Shown here piece by piece: positions 10,881-23,359 of a stretch of DNA of 64,000 nucleotides. The DNA comes from Bryobacterales bacterium (GTDB taxonomy: Bacteria > Acidobacteriota > Terriglobia > Bryobacterales > UBA6623). Every line of letters starts with the position of its first letter. The first letter of the stretch is position 1. The position numbers and the translations under genes are program-made. The stretch is taken from assembly GCA_963422375.2 (NCBI GenBank), contig OY729428.2:1504001-1568000 (forward strand), written 5' to 3'. The notes below the pieces were generated by a model, which was given only the letters and a program-made list of their open reading frames with translations, made no database searches and was not told the origin of the DNA.

Positions 10881-12043
10881 GATGCCGCAGCCCCCTCGGA
10901 GGTGGGGGCGGGCTCGTCCTCTCCGGCGTCGTCGACTGGCTTGCGGGGCAGGGGGATCATCCAGAGAACCCGCTTACGCGGGCGCGCTTGGATGACTTCC
11001 TCGCGGGTGGTCGTGAGGGGCGCGAGCCGCGACGGGTCGCTCCATGCGGTGCTCATGCCGTCGATTGCTCCGGTATCGCTGTAGCCTGGGCGGATTTCGA
11101 TGTACGACTCCGCGCGCAGCTCGCTGAGGTAATTGCGGATCTCGGGCTGGAACAGGGGCCCGCTGATCGTGGCCCGGATCTCCTCGGCGACCTCCTCGAG
11201 TTCGGCCAGCCCCTCGCGGTAGTTCTGGTCGACGCGCAGGATCAGCAACCCGTTCGGGACTTCGATGAGTTCGGTGATATAGCCCTGCCGCTTGCCGAAG
11301 ACCGATTCCTCGATTTCCCCTCGCAGCATGCCGCGGCGGTAGATGCCGATGTCGCCACCGAGCTCCTTGGTCGCCTCGTCGTCGGAGAACCGCCGGGCCA
11401 TTTCGGCGAACGGCTCGCCCCGCTGCACGCGCTGCAGGACATCCTCGGCCTCCTCGCGGTCAAGCTCTCCATCTTCCGCGCTCGCGAACAGGATCTGGCT
11501 CAGCCGCACGCCCTCCGAACGCACGTACTCGTCCTTGTGCTCCTCGTAGTGCGCCTCGATCTGCTCCCTGGTGACGACGACTCGCCGCGACACCTCCTGT
11601 CCGAGCACGGCCTGCGAGAGGAAGTTCTCGCGCATCCGGTCCATGAGGTCCTCGGCCGGCTCGCCCGTGCGCTCCAGCACCCACTCCTCGAAGTCGTCGG
11701 CGGTCTCGATGTCGTTCCGGCGCATGATCTCGTCGCGCTGGCGCAGGACCTGGGCCTCCACGCTGACACCGAGCTCCTCTCCCTTCTGCACGAGCAGCCG
11801 CTGGTCGATCATGTCGCGCAGGACGACCTTCTCGCGCTCGGCGAGCTCCGAGTCGCGGTCGGCCTCGGAGAGCGAAGAGTCCGCCAGAAGCTCGCGCCGG
11901 GTCTGCTCGAGCGTGCGCTCGTATTCGGACCGGAGGATGATGCCGTTGTTGACCTTGACGATGATCTCTTCGAGAATCAGCACCTCGGCCGCTAGCGGGG
12001 CGGCGAGAGCTAGGGCCGCGACGAGGAATTGCTGCCGTTTCAT
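10877..12043 (-). CDS. Periplasmic peptidyl-prolyl isomerase / chaperone (SurA/PpiC family)
   Basis: Signal peptide, EEIIVKVNNGIIL, VRLSQIL, FAEMARRFSDD, GGDIG rotamase motifs; 4-bp overlap with yhaM. Confidence 0.88.
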   Translation of the reverse strand: MKRQQFLVAALALAAPLAAEVLILEEIIVKVNNGIILRSEYERTLEQTRRELLADSSLSEADRDSELAEREKVVLRDMIDQRLLVQKGEELGVSVEAQVLRQRDEIMRRNDIETADDFEEWVLERTGEPAEDLMDRMRENFLSQAVLGQEVSRRVVVTREQIEAHYEEHKDEYVRSEGVRLSQILFASAEDGELDREEAEDVLQRVQRGEPFAEMARRFSDDEATKELGGDIGIYRRGMLRGEIEESVFGKRQGYITELIEVPNGLLILRVDQNYREGLAELEEVAEEIRATISGPLFQPEIRNYLSELRAESYIEIRPGYSDTGAIDGMSTAWSDPSRLAPLTTTREEVIQARPRKRVLWMIPLPRKPVDDAGEDEPAPTSEGAAAS

Positions 12044-12066
12044 GGGGTGCTAATGTCTATTCTCGC

Positions 12067-13368
12067 ATGCCGGCCGCCCGAAGTTTCCTCGTTCTGGCGC
12101 CGCTGCTGGCGACGCTGGGCCCGCTTGCCGCTTGCGGGCAGACCTACGATCTCGTTCTGCAAGGGGGGCGCGTGATCGACCCGGGCTCGGGCGTCGACGG
12201 TAGCTTCGACGTCGCGGTCGACGACGGACGCATCGCGGAAATCGGGCCGGCTATCGATGCTGATCGCGCCGAGCGAGCGGTCGGCGTCTCCGGGTTGCTC
12301 GTGGTGCCCGGCTTGGTCGACATCCACACCCACGTGTTCTCTACGGCGGGAATCCGGGGCGCGTGGGCGGGGGATTCCAGCGTTCGCCCGGACAGCTTCA
12401 GCTTCCGCTCCGGCGTCACCACGATGGTGGACGCCGGCAGCGCCGGCTGGCGCAACTTCGAGCTGTTCCGGGAATCCGTGATCGACACAGCCAAGACGCG
12501 CGTGCTGGCCTTTGTAAACATTTCCGGATCCGGCATGGAGTCGATCGAGCTCGAGCAGAGCGACTTCGATCCCGCCGCAGTGGCGGCGCTCGCGCGCAAG
12601 CACAGTGACGTGGTAGTCGGCGTGAAGTCGGCGCACTTCCGGTCGCCGGAGTGGACGTCGGTCGATAGCGCGGTGCAGGCCGGACGCGTGGCCGGGATTC
12701 CCGTGATGGTCGATTTCGGCTACTTCCTGCCCGAGCGGCCATTCTGGGAGCTGGTGGGAGAGCGCCTGCGTCCGGGCGACCTAGCGACCCACTGCTTCCG
12801 CGCGCCCGTGCCGTGGGCGGACGAGGGCGGAACCCTGTACCCATACTTGCGCGCCGCGCGGGAGCGGGGCGTCGGGTTCGATGTCGGCCACGGCGGGGGC
12901 AGCTTTGCGTTCCGCAATGCCGCTCCTGCGGTCGCCCAGGGCTTTTTCCCGGACTCGATCTCGACGGATCTGCACGTCGGCAGCATGAATGCCGCCATGA
13001 TGGACATGCTCACGGTGATGTCGAAATTCCTAGCGCTGGGCATGCCGCTGAACGACGTGGTACGGGCGTCGACCGTCGCCCCGGCCGGCCTGGTGGGCCG
13101 TCCCGACCTAGGACGGCTGGAGCCCGGCGCGGTCGCGGACATCGCCGTGCTGCGGGTGGACACCGGCAGCCACCGGTTCCGGGACGTCCACGGCGGGACC
13201 GTTGAGGGCACGCAGCGTCTCGCTGCCGAGCTGACACTCAAGGACGGCGAGATCGTCTGGGACTGGAACTCCCGAACGGGCACGGATTACCGTGCCTTGG
13301 GACCCGCTTACGGGGTGGACAGCCCGGACGTGCAATCGGTTCCCCCGGGCCGGGCGGGAGGCCAGTAG
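12067..13368 (+). CDS. Amidohydrolase/deacetylase family metallohydrolase (dihydroorotase-like)
   Basis: LQGGRVIDP, PGLVDIHTH, GVTTMVDAGSAG, GVK, THCF, FDVGHGGGSF, ISTDLH. Confidence 0.88.
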   Translation: MPAARSFLVLAPLLATLGPLAACGQTYDLVLQGGRVIDPGSGVDGSFDVAVDDGRIAEIGPAIDADRAERAVGVSGLLVVPGLVDIHTHVFSTAGIRGAWAGDSSVRPDSFSFRSGVTTMVDAGSAGWRNFELFRESVIDTAKTRVLAFVNISGSGMESIELEQSDFDPAAVAALARKHSDVVVGVKSAHFRSPEWTSVDSAVQAGRVAGIPVMVDFGYFLPERPFWELVGERLRPGDLATHCFRAPVPWADEGGTLYPYLRAARERGVGFDVGHGGGSFAFRNAAPAVAQGFFPDSISTDLHVGSMNAAMMDMLTVMSKFLALGMPLNDVVRASTVAPAGLVGRPDLGRLEPGAVADIAVLRVDTGSHRFRDVHGGTVEGTQRLAAELTLKDGEIVWDWNSRTGTDYRALGPAYGVDSPDVQSVPPGRAGGQ

Positions 13369-13449
13369 CGCCGGCCGACAGGCACCGGGGACATCGGGAA
13401 CCCTTGAGTCGGCGACGGCCTCGTGCCCCTGGCTGCGGCGATCGGGGAC

Positions 13450-14922
13450 TCAGCCGTCTAGAATCTTGGCAAGCATGCGGTTGACCACACGCGGATTGGC
13501 CTGACCGCGGGTGGCCTTCATCACCTTCCCGACGAAGTAGCCGATCACGCCCTTCTTCCCGCCCCGGTACTGGGCAACCTGCCGCGGGGAGGATGCGAGC
13601 ACACTGCGGATAACGCCTTCCAACTCGGCGCTGTCGCTGATCTGACGCAGGCCTTCCGACTCGACGACTTCCTCGGCCGTCTGCCCGCTGGCGAACATCT
13701 TTGCGAAGACCTCCTTCGCGAGCTTGCCCGACAGCGTGCCCTTGTCCACGAGGGCGACTAGTCTTCCGAGGTCAGTGGCGCTCACCGGCGAGGACTCGAC
13801 ATCCTTCCCCGCCGCGTTCAGGGCTCCCATGAGCTCGCCCTGGACCCAGTTCGCGGCGCCCTTGGGGTTGCCGGCGGCCTTGGCGGCCTCTTCGAAGTAG
13901 CGCGCTGTCGCGGCCGTCAGCGTCAGCACCCGGGCGTCGTAGTGGGACAGCCCGTAGTCATTGACGAAGCGGGCCCGCAGGGCCGGCGGAAGCTCCGGCA
14001 TGGCCGTGCGAATCGCCCCCACTTCCTCTTCGGGGACGACCAGCGGCGGCAGGTCCGGTTCCGGAAAATATCGGTAGTCGTGCGAGTCCTCCTTGCCGCG
14101 CATGCTGGATGTGGAGCCGTTCGCCGTGTTGAATAGGCGCGATTCCTGGTAGACCGTGCCGCCTGAATCGAGGACGGCCGCTTGGCGGCCGATCTCGTAC
14201 AGGATCGCCTGCTTCACGAAGCGGAAGGAGTTCAGGTTCTTGATTTCGCAGCGGGTGCCGAGCCTCGTCGCTCCGGCCGGGCGCACGGAGATGTTCGCGT
14301 CGCAGCGCAGCTGGCCCTTTTCCATGTCGCAGTCGGATGCCCCTGAGAACTGGATCACCTGCTTGAGCTCGTTTAGATACGCGACCGCTTCTTCGGCGCT
14401 GCGCATGTCTGGCTCGCTGACGATCTCGCACAGGGGCGCGCCGGCGCGGTTCAGGTCCACATAGCTGTAGCGGTTCGAATCGCTGAATCCGTCGTGGACC
14501 GTCTTGCCGGCGTCCTCCTCCATGTGAAGCCGCGTAATGCCGACCCGCTTGAAACCCTCCCCCCAGCGGATGTCCAGCCAGCCCTCCTCCGCCAAGGGCT
14601 GGTCGTACTGCGAGATCTGGTATCCCTTGGGCAGGTCAGGGTAGAAGTAGTTCTTGCGGGCGAACCGCGAGTAGCGGTTGACGCGGCAATTGATCGCGAG
14701 CGAAGCCCGCACAGCCAGCGCGACGGCCTCGCGGTTGAGCACGGGCAGCGCGCCGGGCAGGCCCAGCACCACAGGGTCTGTCTGCGAATTGGGGACCTTG
14801 CCGAACTCGTGAGTGGAGTGGGAGAAGATCTTCGTCTTCGTCTTGAGCTGGACATGGACTTCGAGCCCGATCACGGGCTCGTACTTGGCGATCGTCGCCA
14901 AGTCGGCTAGGCCTGCGTCCAT
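13450..14922 (-). CDS. gatB: Asp-tRNA(Asn)/Glu-tRNA(Gln) amidotransferase subunit B
   Basis: YEPVIGLEVHVQL, GLPGALP, RKNYFYPDLPKGYQISQ, HMEEDAGK, LRCDANIS, EIKNLNSF, DYRYFPEPDL, GYFVGKVMKATRGQANP. Confidence 0.97.
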   Translation of the reverse strand: MDAGLADLATIAKYEPVIGLEVHVQLKTKTKIFSHSTHEFGKVPNSQTDPVVLGLPGALPVLNREAVALAVRASLAINCRVNRYSRFARKNYFYPDLPKGYQISQYDQPLAEEGWLDIRWGEGFKRVGITRLHMEEDAGKTVHDGFSDSNRYSYVDLNRAGAPLCEIVSEPDMRSAEEAVAYLNELKQVIQFSGASDCDMEKGQLRCDANISVRPAGATRLGTRCEIKNLNSFRFVKQAILYEIGRQAAVLDSGGTVYQESRLFNTANGSTSSMRGKEDSHDYRYFPEPDLPPLVVPEEEVGAIRTAMPELPPALRARFVNDYGLSHYDARVLTLTAATARYFEEAAKAAGNPKGAANWVQGELMGALNAAGKDVESSPVSATDLGRLVALVDKGTLSGKLAKEVFAKMFASGQTAEEVVESEGLRQISDSAELEGVIRSVLASSPRQVAQYRGGKKGVIGYFVGKVMKATRGQANPRVVNRMLAKILDG

Positions 14923-15169
14923 GGACAGATGCGGCGGCCGGAGGCCCGGCGCCGGATTCTCATCGTACCAGCGGGGAGGTGCCCGACCGTAGGGATGCGG
15001 ACTGGACCATCCGGGGTGTCTGAGCCGCTCGTGCCGTCTCCGGCGGACGACGGGATGGCGCGGCCTCCGGGCGGCGACTCTCTCCGGAAGTCTTCCCGCT
15101 GACCCGGAATCGTCCCGGAAGTTGGCCCGTTTGGCCCAGGCGGCCTCCCTGGGGCAGAATGAACGGTGC

Positions 15170-15883
15170 ATGTTCAATTGGATCTGCCCCGAATGCGGTG
15201 CCAGCGTCGATGTCGGCGAGGAATATTGCCGGGAATGTGCGGGCCGAGGTCGCAAGGTGGGCCCGGACGGCCCGGTTCATCCTGATTCCGGACAGCGGCT
15301 GTCGGGCTTCGGAACGGACCTCCCCGCTCTCGACAGGGCTGCCCTGCGGGTCGCGAATCACGACGAGACTGTTGTCGAAGCCGTCGCCCAGCCCGTGCCG
15401 GAGGTCCGGCCGTCGCGAGCAGGGTCGATTCGGGTGAAGCAATACCTGCCTTGGGCCGTGCTCGTGGCCGTGCTATGCGTTGCGTCGGCGCTCATGTGGA
15501 GAGGCTTGACCGGCCTGCGACTCGAGCATCCCGGCGACGAGGCGGTGTCCCCGGTCGAGACGTTCGCGATCGGCGTGCGCGGCCCGATCGAAGTGTCGGG
15601 AATCCGACCCTACTACGACGACGAATACCTGGCGCACGTGCGCGCCTTCGTCGCGAACCACTCGGACCGCGAGCAGTCGGTGGCGCTGTCGGTGCTTCTG
15701 CGAGTCCGGGAGACTGGCCCGAGCGCCCCGCCTTTGGCGACGTTTCGGATCGTGATCGGCGACCCGCTCCCGCCCTTGGGGGGGCAGGAAGTGGATGTTC
15801 CCCTCCTGGCGATGGGCAGCTTGCAGAGCCTGCCGCGATGGGACGAGATGCGCGTCGATCTCGAGGTGCTGACGGGGGACTGA
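15170..15883 (+). CDS. Hypothetical membrane-anchored protein with N-terminal zinc ribbon
   Basis: MFNWICPECG...YCREC, one hydrophobic segment (WAVLVAVLCVASALMW), then a beta-rich C-terminal domain. Confidence 0.7.
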   Translation: MFNWICPECGASVDVGEEYCRECAGRGRKVGPDGPVHPDSGQRLSGFGTDLPALDRAALRVANHDETVVEAVAQPVPEVRPSRAGSIRVKQYLPWAVLVAVLCVASALMWRGLTGLRLEHPGDEAVSPVETFAIGVRGPIEVSGIRPYYDDEYLAHVRAFVANHSDREQSVALSVLLRVRETGPSAPPLATFRIVIGDPLPPLGGQEVDVPLLAMGSLQSLPRWDEMRVDLEVLTGD

Positions 15884-17669
15884 GTCCGCTGCGGCCACCC
15901 GGCCGAGCGGCTAGAGATCGCGTCTCGGCCCTCGCCAGCGGGATAGAGTCTCGGCAAGATCGCAAGAAGATCACTCGGTCCCGTGCCCGGAACCAGCGAT
16001 TCCGAGGCGGGCCCGCTCGGTTGGAGGCCTCATCCTAGCCGTCGAAGGGTCACGGCCGGCCCGAGGGTCCGTTCCGGGGCTGCTGGAGGGAGTGTCACGT
16101 GCCTCAACGGCGACGAAACTGGTCCGTTCCGCTCCCAGTCTGGGCCGCTTGCGGCTGCTGTGGTTCTGCCGGTCTGTCGGATACGTCCCATGTTGCGACA
16201 TGGCTAATGAGATTGCCGCAGGATGTGTGAGGCACTTTCTTTGGAAATCGACACAATGCCAAGACTCTCGTCGGCTGGTCGCCGTCCGCGGCCAGCACTT
16301 CGTCTCAATCCAAGTCTCATGAATTGACGTGCTCTCTGGTGATGCGCGGTGGGTCATTCGGCATGACGCGTCCAGCTGGCCGCTGCACATGTTGTCACCA
16401 CAACACTGGATCCGGGAAATTGTTGACCAATCGCTGCGACTACCAACAAGAAAGCAGAAGATGTCGCACGACAACTTCCCATTCGTCATCATCAAGGATT
16501 CTAGGGAGATATTCTGCTCTGGTCCTAGCGCACTCAATTGGCCTGAAGCATGGAAACACTCAGACTCTCCGGTGTCGAGAGCGTAGGGCAAATCCCGGAC
16601 CTGCGGAGGTTTTCTAAGTCATATGAAATTCTCGGACTAGGCGGAATGCCGAGCATCTAATTTGTCTAGGTACGCCTGTGATTCGGGACAGGTGACCGGA
16701 GCCCACTTCCTAGCCATCGGAGTGACTCGCCCGGGCAGCAAGTACGCACTGAGACCGTTGCATAGGGTATCAAGCACGTCAACGGTGTCGAAACTGGCAG
16801 GTTCTGATCCGAGCCAAGCCGGCTTGCAGCTGATGTGCTTCGGCGCGTCCGTCTGACGCGCCCCATCCCGCGACATCGCAAGCAAGACGCCGATGGACGC
16901 TTGGCAACCGGTCAGCCGAGAATGCAAGTGCACTTGGCCCGAGGCGGACAAGAGAGGCGTGGGCGCTCATGTCGGCTGCCGAGCATCTGTCCGCTGGGTC
17001 GGGCAAAGAATTCCCAGCGGTTTGTCTGCCACTCCGCATGAACGGTGTAGTTGGACAGTAAGATGCTATTGACTGTGATCTTGACATCGCTCCGATCCAA
17101 GGCAACACATGCAACCACCTCACCGTCTTGATGGCAGTCCACGGTGGGAGAATGTGCCTTGAATACCGAAACAGTCAACTCTTGAGTGGGGTTGAAAGTC
17201 CTGGTAAGTATTTCAAGGAATTGGTAGCGAATTGGCAGCCTGTTACGGACTGGAAATGCACGGAGAATGATGATTGCTTCGACCCTCTCCGTATCCCTTC
17301 GAAAGGGAATCATATATCTGAGTTCCGACGACGCCATATCCGGCTAGAACTGCTCTGATTGGGGACGTCGGCGTCTTGCTCGGATCATTGGTGTGCGGCC
17401 GAGGTGGGCACCGAAAGGTCGGTTCGTATCTGAATCGCGCCGGCCAGCGGATTTCGCGGCGCACGGACTAAAGAGGCCGCCTCGGACACCCCGGTGGAAC
17501 CCGGCTTGCCGTGGAGAGGCTCCCCTTCCAGGGCGGCTGCATCTATGAATTGTCCGGGCTGGACACCGGTCGCGGCGCGGGATTCCGGATCCGGAGCGCC
17601 CTTCGCACCGGGCTTGAAGAGAGGCCGCAGCGGACCGGCTAGGCCGTGCTCGGGCCGCGACCACGGCCT

Positions 17670-18458
17670 TGCCGACAGGTCAGCGTCATGCCGACCAAGC
17701 CTCGCGCCATGCGCCGCATCCGTTCCGCCGTGTCGCCGTTGCGGGCGTTGCGCCGCCCCGCGAACTCCGTGAGGTAGCGGCCCACGTGACGGACGCTCAT
17801 CCGGTGATTGGTTCCGTAGAGGCCGCGCTTGAACAGGGACTGGAATGGCTCGATGCCGTTCGTATGCGCTGCCCCGCGCACGTACTCGCCGCCGGAGTGC
17901 TTGACGCCCTCGTGCGGGAACTCCGCCATGCCGGCGTGGGCCACCGCCTCGTCGGAGCGGACCTGCACGCCCGCCACGGGGGTCTTGCCGACCGGCCCGC
18001 GCCCGGCACGAGCGGACGCGCTGCGCCAGATGCACAGGCCGACTTCCGGCTTATGCCCGGGTCGCGGTGCAGCTTCATGCTGGAGACGTCCTTGAGGCCG
18101 GTGGTCAGCAGGAACAGGGCCACGGCCCGGACGCTGTAGCCGAGCTTGGTGTCGGCCATCATGCTGCCGGTGCGCACGGAAAAGCGCTTGCCGCAACCGC
18201 GGCAACGGTACGGCATCGAAGGGTGGGCCGCGCCAGACTGCACGCTGGAGCCGCGGCAGCGGGGGCATACCGGACCGTCCGGCCAGCGCATGGAGGCGAA
18301 CCACTTTTCCGCGGATTCGTCATCGGGGAACATGGCGATCACTTCAATCAAGATGGTGCCTTTACGAAACCACTTTCCGGGAACTTTCTTCTTCACCAAC
18401 GACCTCCCATATTGGAACTATTCAATCAAGAAACTCCACCGATTGTCAACAGATATCC
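17670..18458 (-). mobile_element. Degenerate IS1595-family element (ISPna2-like); transposase pseudogene about 17670-18399
   Basis: FPDDESAEKWFASMRWPDGPVCPRC..YRCRGC.KRFSVRTG, SSMKLHRD, a frameshift near 18035, GRGPVGKTPV, GEYVRG..HTNGIE..FKRG, RYLTEFAGRRN. The VEVDETY segment is missing. One candidate end GGATATCTGTTGACAA at 18458; the other end was not found. Confidence 0.8.
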
Positions 18459-18537
18459 GGAAGAACTATCAAATTAATTTATGGATTGATAATTTGCCAA
18501 ATCGGTTGTCTCGGCACTCAAGTATATAATTCCTATT

Positions 18538-19570
18538 CCTGATTACCAACGAACGTCAGTCGAGGATATGCTCTACTGGAGGAGGTCGGAAACCTCTGAC
18601 AGGAAAGGGGATAGCAGCTGAAACGCAATCGCGTGCAATTCCAGAAGGGACTCAGTCCGGGCAAGTTCCTGCAGCGCTACGGCAGCGAGGGGCCATGCGA
18701 GCAGGCCGTCTTCAAGGCCCGCCGGCCGGACGGCTTCCGCTGCCCGGAGTGCGGCTCCCGGCGGCACTGCCGCATCCGCTCCCGCAAGCTCTGGCAGTGC
18801 CATGCCTGCCACCGCCGGACCTCCCTCGTCGCCGGCACGATCTTCGCCGCCACCCAGCTGCCGCTGACCGTCCGGTTCCTGGCGCTCCACCTGCTGACGC
18901 AGGGCCAGCACGGCGTTTCGTCGCTGGAACTGGCGCGGCAGCCGGGCGTGAGCCGGAACACGGCTTGGAAGGTGAAGCACAAGCTCCTGCAAGTGCTGAA
19001 GGAGCGCGACGAGCGCCTGCCGCCGGGCGGCATCGTGCAGGTGGACGACGCCTACCGGGGCGGGGAGCGGAGCGGCGGCAAGCGCGGTCGCGGCGCGGCG
19101 GGCAAGACGCCGTTCGTGGCCGCCGGGCAGGTCACCGCCGCCGGCCAGCCGGCAAGGATGCGCCTGAGCAGCGTGGCGGGCTTGCGCAAGAAGACGCTGG
19201 CAGCGTGGGCCGGGCGGCACTTGCAGCCCGGCACGGAGGTGCATTCCGACGGCCCGGCCTGCTTGCGGGGCGTGGCCGACGCCGGCTGCGAGCACGTGCC
19301 GACCGTCACCGGAGGCGGGCAGCGGAGCTGCGGGGATTCCCGCTTCGTCCGGGTCAGCACGATGCTGGCGAACGTCAAGCAGTCCCTGGCGGGAGCCTGC
19401 CATGCGCTCGACGGCAAGCACCTGCCGCGCTACCTCGCCGAGTTCCGCTACCGCTTCAACCGCCGCTACGATCTCGAGGCGCTGGTCCCCCGCCTGCTCC
19501 ACGCCTCCGTGCGCACCCCGCCCAGGCCTTACCGCCTCCTAACCTTGGCTGCGTCTTGTGGGTAATCAGG
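18538..19570 (+). mobile_element. IS1595-family insertion sequence, copy 2
   Basis: Ends CCTGATTACC...GGTAATCAGG; perfect 8-bp target duplication TTCCTATT at 18530-18537 and 19571-19578; highly similar to copy 1 in the opposite orientation. Confidence 0.95.
18633..19565 (+). CDS. IS1595-family transposase, open frame but possibly inactive
   Basis: Same motifs as copy 1; in-frame upstream CTG-KRNRVQFQKG suggests a lost ATG at 18618; multiple W->R, L->P and Q->R changes. Confidence 0.8.
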   Translation: MQFQKGLSPGKFLQRYGSEGPCEQAVFKARRPDGFRCPECGSRRHCRIRSRKLWQCHACHRRTSLVAGTIFAATQLPLTVRFLALHLLTQGQHGVSSLELARQPGVSRNTAWKVKHKLLQVLKERDERLPPGGIVQVDDAYRGGERSGGKRGRGAAGKTPFVAAGQVTAAGQPARMRLSSVAGLRKKTLAAWAGRHLQPGTEVHSDGPACLRGVADAGCEHVPTVTGGGQRSCGDSRFVRVSTMLANVKQSLAGACHALDGKHLPRYLAEFRYRFNRRYDLEALVPRLLHASVRTPPRPYRLLTLAASCG

Positions 19571-19984
19571 TTCCTATTTGAAACAAAGAATGGATCCAAT
19601 CGAAAGGAGATACTAGAGTCTTGTGATGAATCTTCTAGCATGACTCGTGTACCAACGAGAAATCGACGATGGCAGGGGGCTTGAACTTCGCGCGCTGCTG
19701 AAGTGGATGGACAAGCTGTAGTCTCTTGATAGTTGGGCAGTGAATTGAGTCGACGTGCAAGGTCTTCTCTTCGAATCGTTGATGTACGCTGGACTGATGA
19801 TTGCTAGCTCCAGACGTGATTCCCTTAGTGCGCATGCTCGCTGCGCTCGACGAATCAGTGTTGGTCAAGTCCGACGTGCCAAGGTCGCCTCCCTCGGCTG
19901 ACGTCAGCGACGCATTCGCGAAGCGGTGAAGAATTCTTGCCGGGCAAGTCGGCGCAGCAACTCTAGGCAGCAATTCTGCCGGTT

Positions 19985-21034
19985 TCAAAGGCCCAGATGC
20001 TTCGCCCCGTATTCCAAGCAGGCGAGGTTGTTAGCCTGCTCGATTGCGAATCGCTCCGTTGGGGCGAGATGTTCGATGCGAGGGAGCGTCCGACCATGGT
20101 CGCGGACGGATTCGAGCGATTCTGCCAGATCTGCGCCGGGCACGCGGTCCATCGTCACCCAATACTGCTTGCGAAGGCAGGGGATCCGAAGCGGGTCGCG
20201 CGTGATCATCTCGAGGGTGAATTTGGTTTCCGGTCGCACGGTCCGGATCGTCTCGACGATCGCCTTCAGGTCCAGGCATCCTTCGCCGAACGGGACCTCG
20301 GCCAGCATGAAGCCGTCCTCGTAACGTTCGAGCCCCATGTCCTTGAGATGCACCGCGCACGCGTACGGTGCGAAGGCCTCGGCCGTCGCGCGCGGATCTT
20401 CGAGCAGCGACATGTTGTTTCCGGTGTCGAGCGTCACGCCTACCCACTCGCTCTCGATCCGTTGGAGGATTCCAAGCATCTCGTCGATGCGCCAGTCCTT
20501 GTGATTCTCGACCGCGAGTCGCACGCCGTGCCTGCGGGCCACCGGCTCCGCCCGCTCCAGTGAGTTCCGGCTCCGGCGGGCGAAATCCTTCCAGTCCTGC
20601 AGCGAGCGGAACGTCTCGTAGCGGCGTCCGCTGAGCATCACCGTTCGGATCACCGAGCCTCCCGCGGCGCGAGTGGCGCGGACCGTGCGCTCGAAGCGAT
20701 CCAAGTCGCTCGAATCGTCCTTGGGCAGGCGAGCCGAGACCTCCACGTACATACCGTGCTCCTCGGCCTTCCCGCGGACCCTGGCGGCGTAAGCTTCGTC
20801 CGGCGAAGAGAGCGATGCTTGGATGCCGCCTGCCCCCATGACCCTGCAGTGCTCGAAAAACCGCAGGGTCTCGGTGAACCGCAGCGACGGATCCTTGTCG
20901 CTGTCGGCGCGGGCGCGCTGCATGTAGGCCGCCGTGCCGATCCCCATCCGGTATCTAGGGCGTGCGGCGGCCGCCGCAGTCGCAGCTGCGATTCCAATGC
21001 TCGCTCCCAGGAAGTCCCGTCGGCTGTCGGCCAT
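19985..21034 (-). CDS. Tat-exported sugar phosphate isomerase/epimerase (TIM barrel)
   Basis: MADSRRDFLGAS twin-arginine signal; LAVENHKDW, TLDTGNN, VHLKD, VPFGEG. Confidence 0.88.
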   Translation of the reverse strand: MADSRRDFLGASIGIAAATAAAAARPRYRMGIGTAAYMQRARADSDKDPSLRFTETLRFFEHCRVMGAGGIQASLSSPDEAYAARVRGKAEEHGMYVEVSARLPKDDSSDLDRFERTVRATRAAGGSVIRTVMLSGRRYETFRSLQDWKDFARRSRNSLERAEPVARRHGVRLAVENHKDWRIDEMLGILQRIESEWVGVTLDTGNNMSLLEDPRATAEAFAPYACAVHLKDMGLERYEDGFMLAEVPFGEGCLDLKAIVETIRTVRPETKFTLEMITRDPLRIPCLRKQYWVTMDRVPGADLAESLESVRDHGRTLPRIEHLAPTERFAIEQANNLACLEYGAKHLGL

Positions 21035-21164
21035 CAACGGTAGTCTGGCATACCCGGCTCCGGCTGGGGATCTTGCTGCCTTCGAGTCGCCCGAGACCGT
21101 TTCGCTAGGCTGGATGGACCGGCCGCGACGGTGTTGATCGCCGGTCGTTGCCGAGGAGGGATAA

Positions 21165-23297
<2,133 letters not shown>

Positions 23298-23359
23298 TCG
23301 AATGTCGCCCGCCGAGGCACAGGGCCTCGCCCACCGTCGGCTGCGGGTATAGTTGAGGC

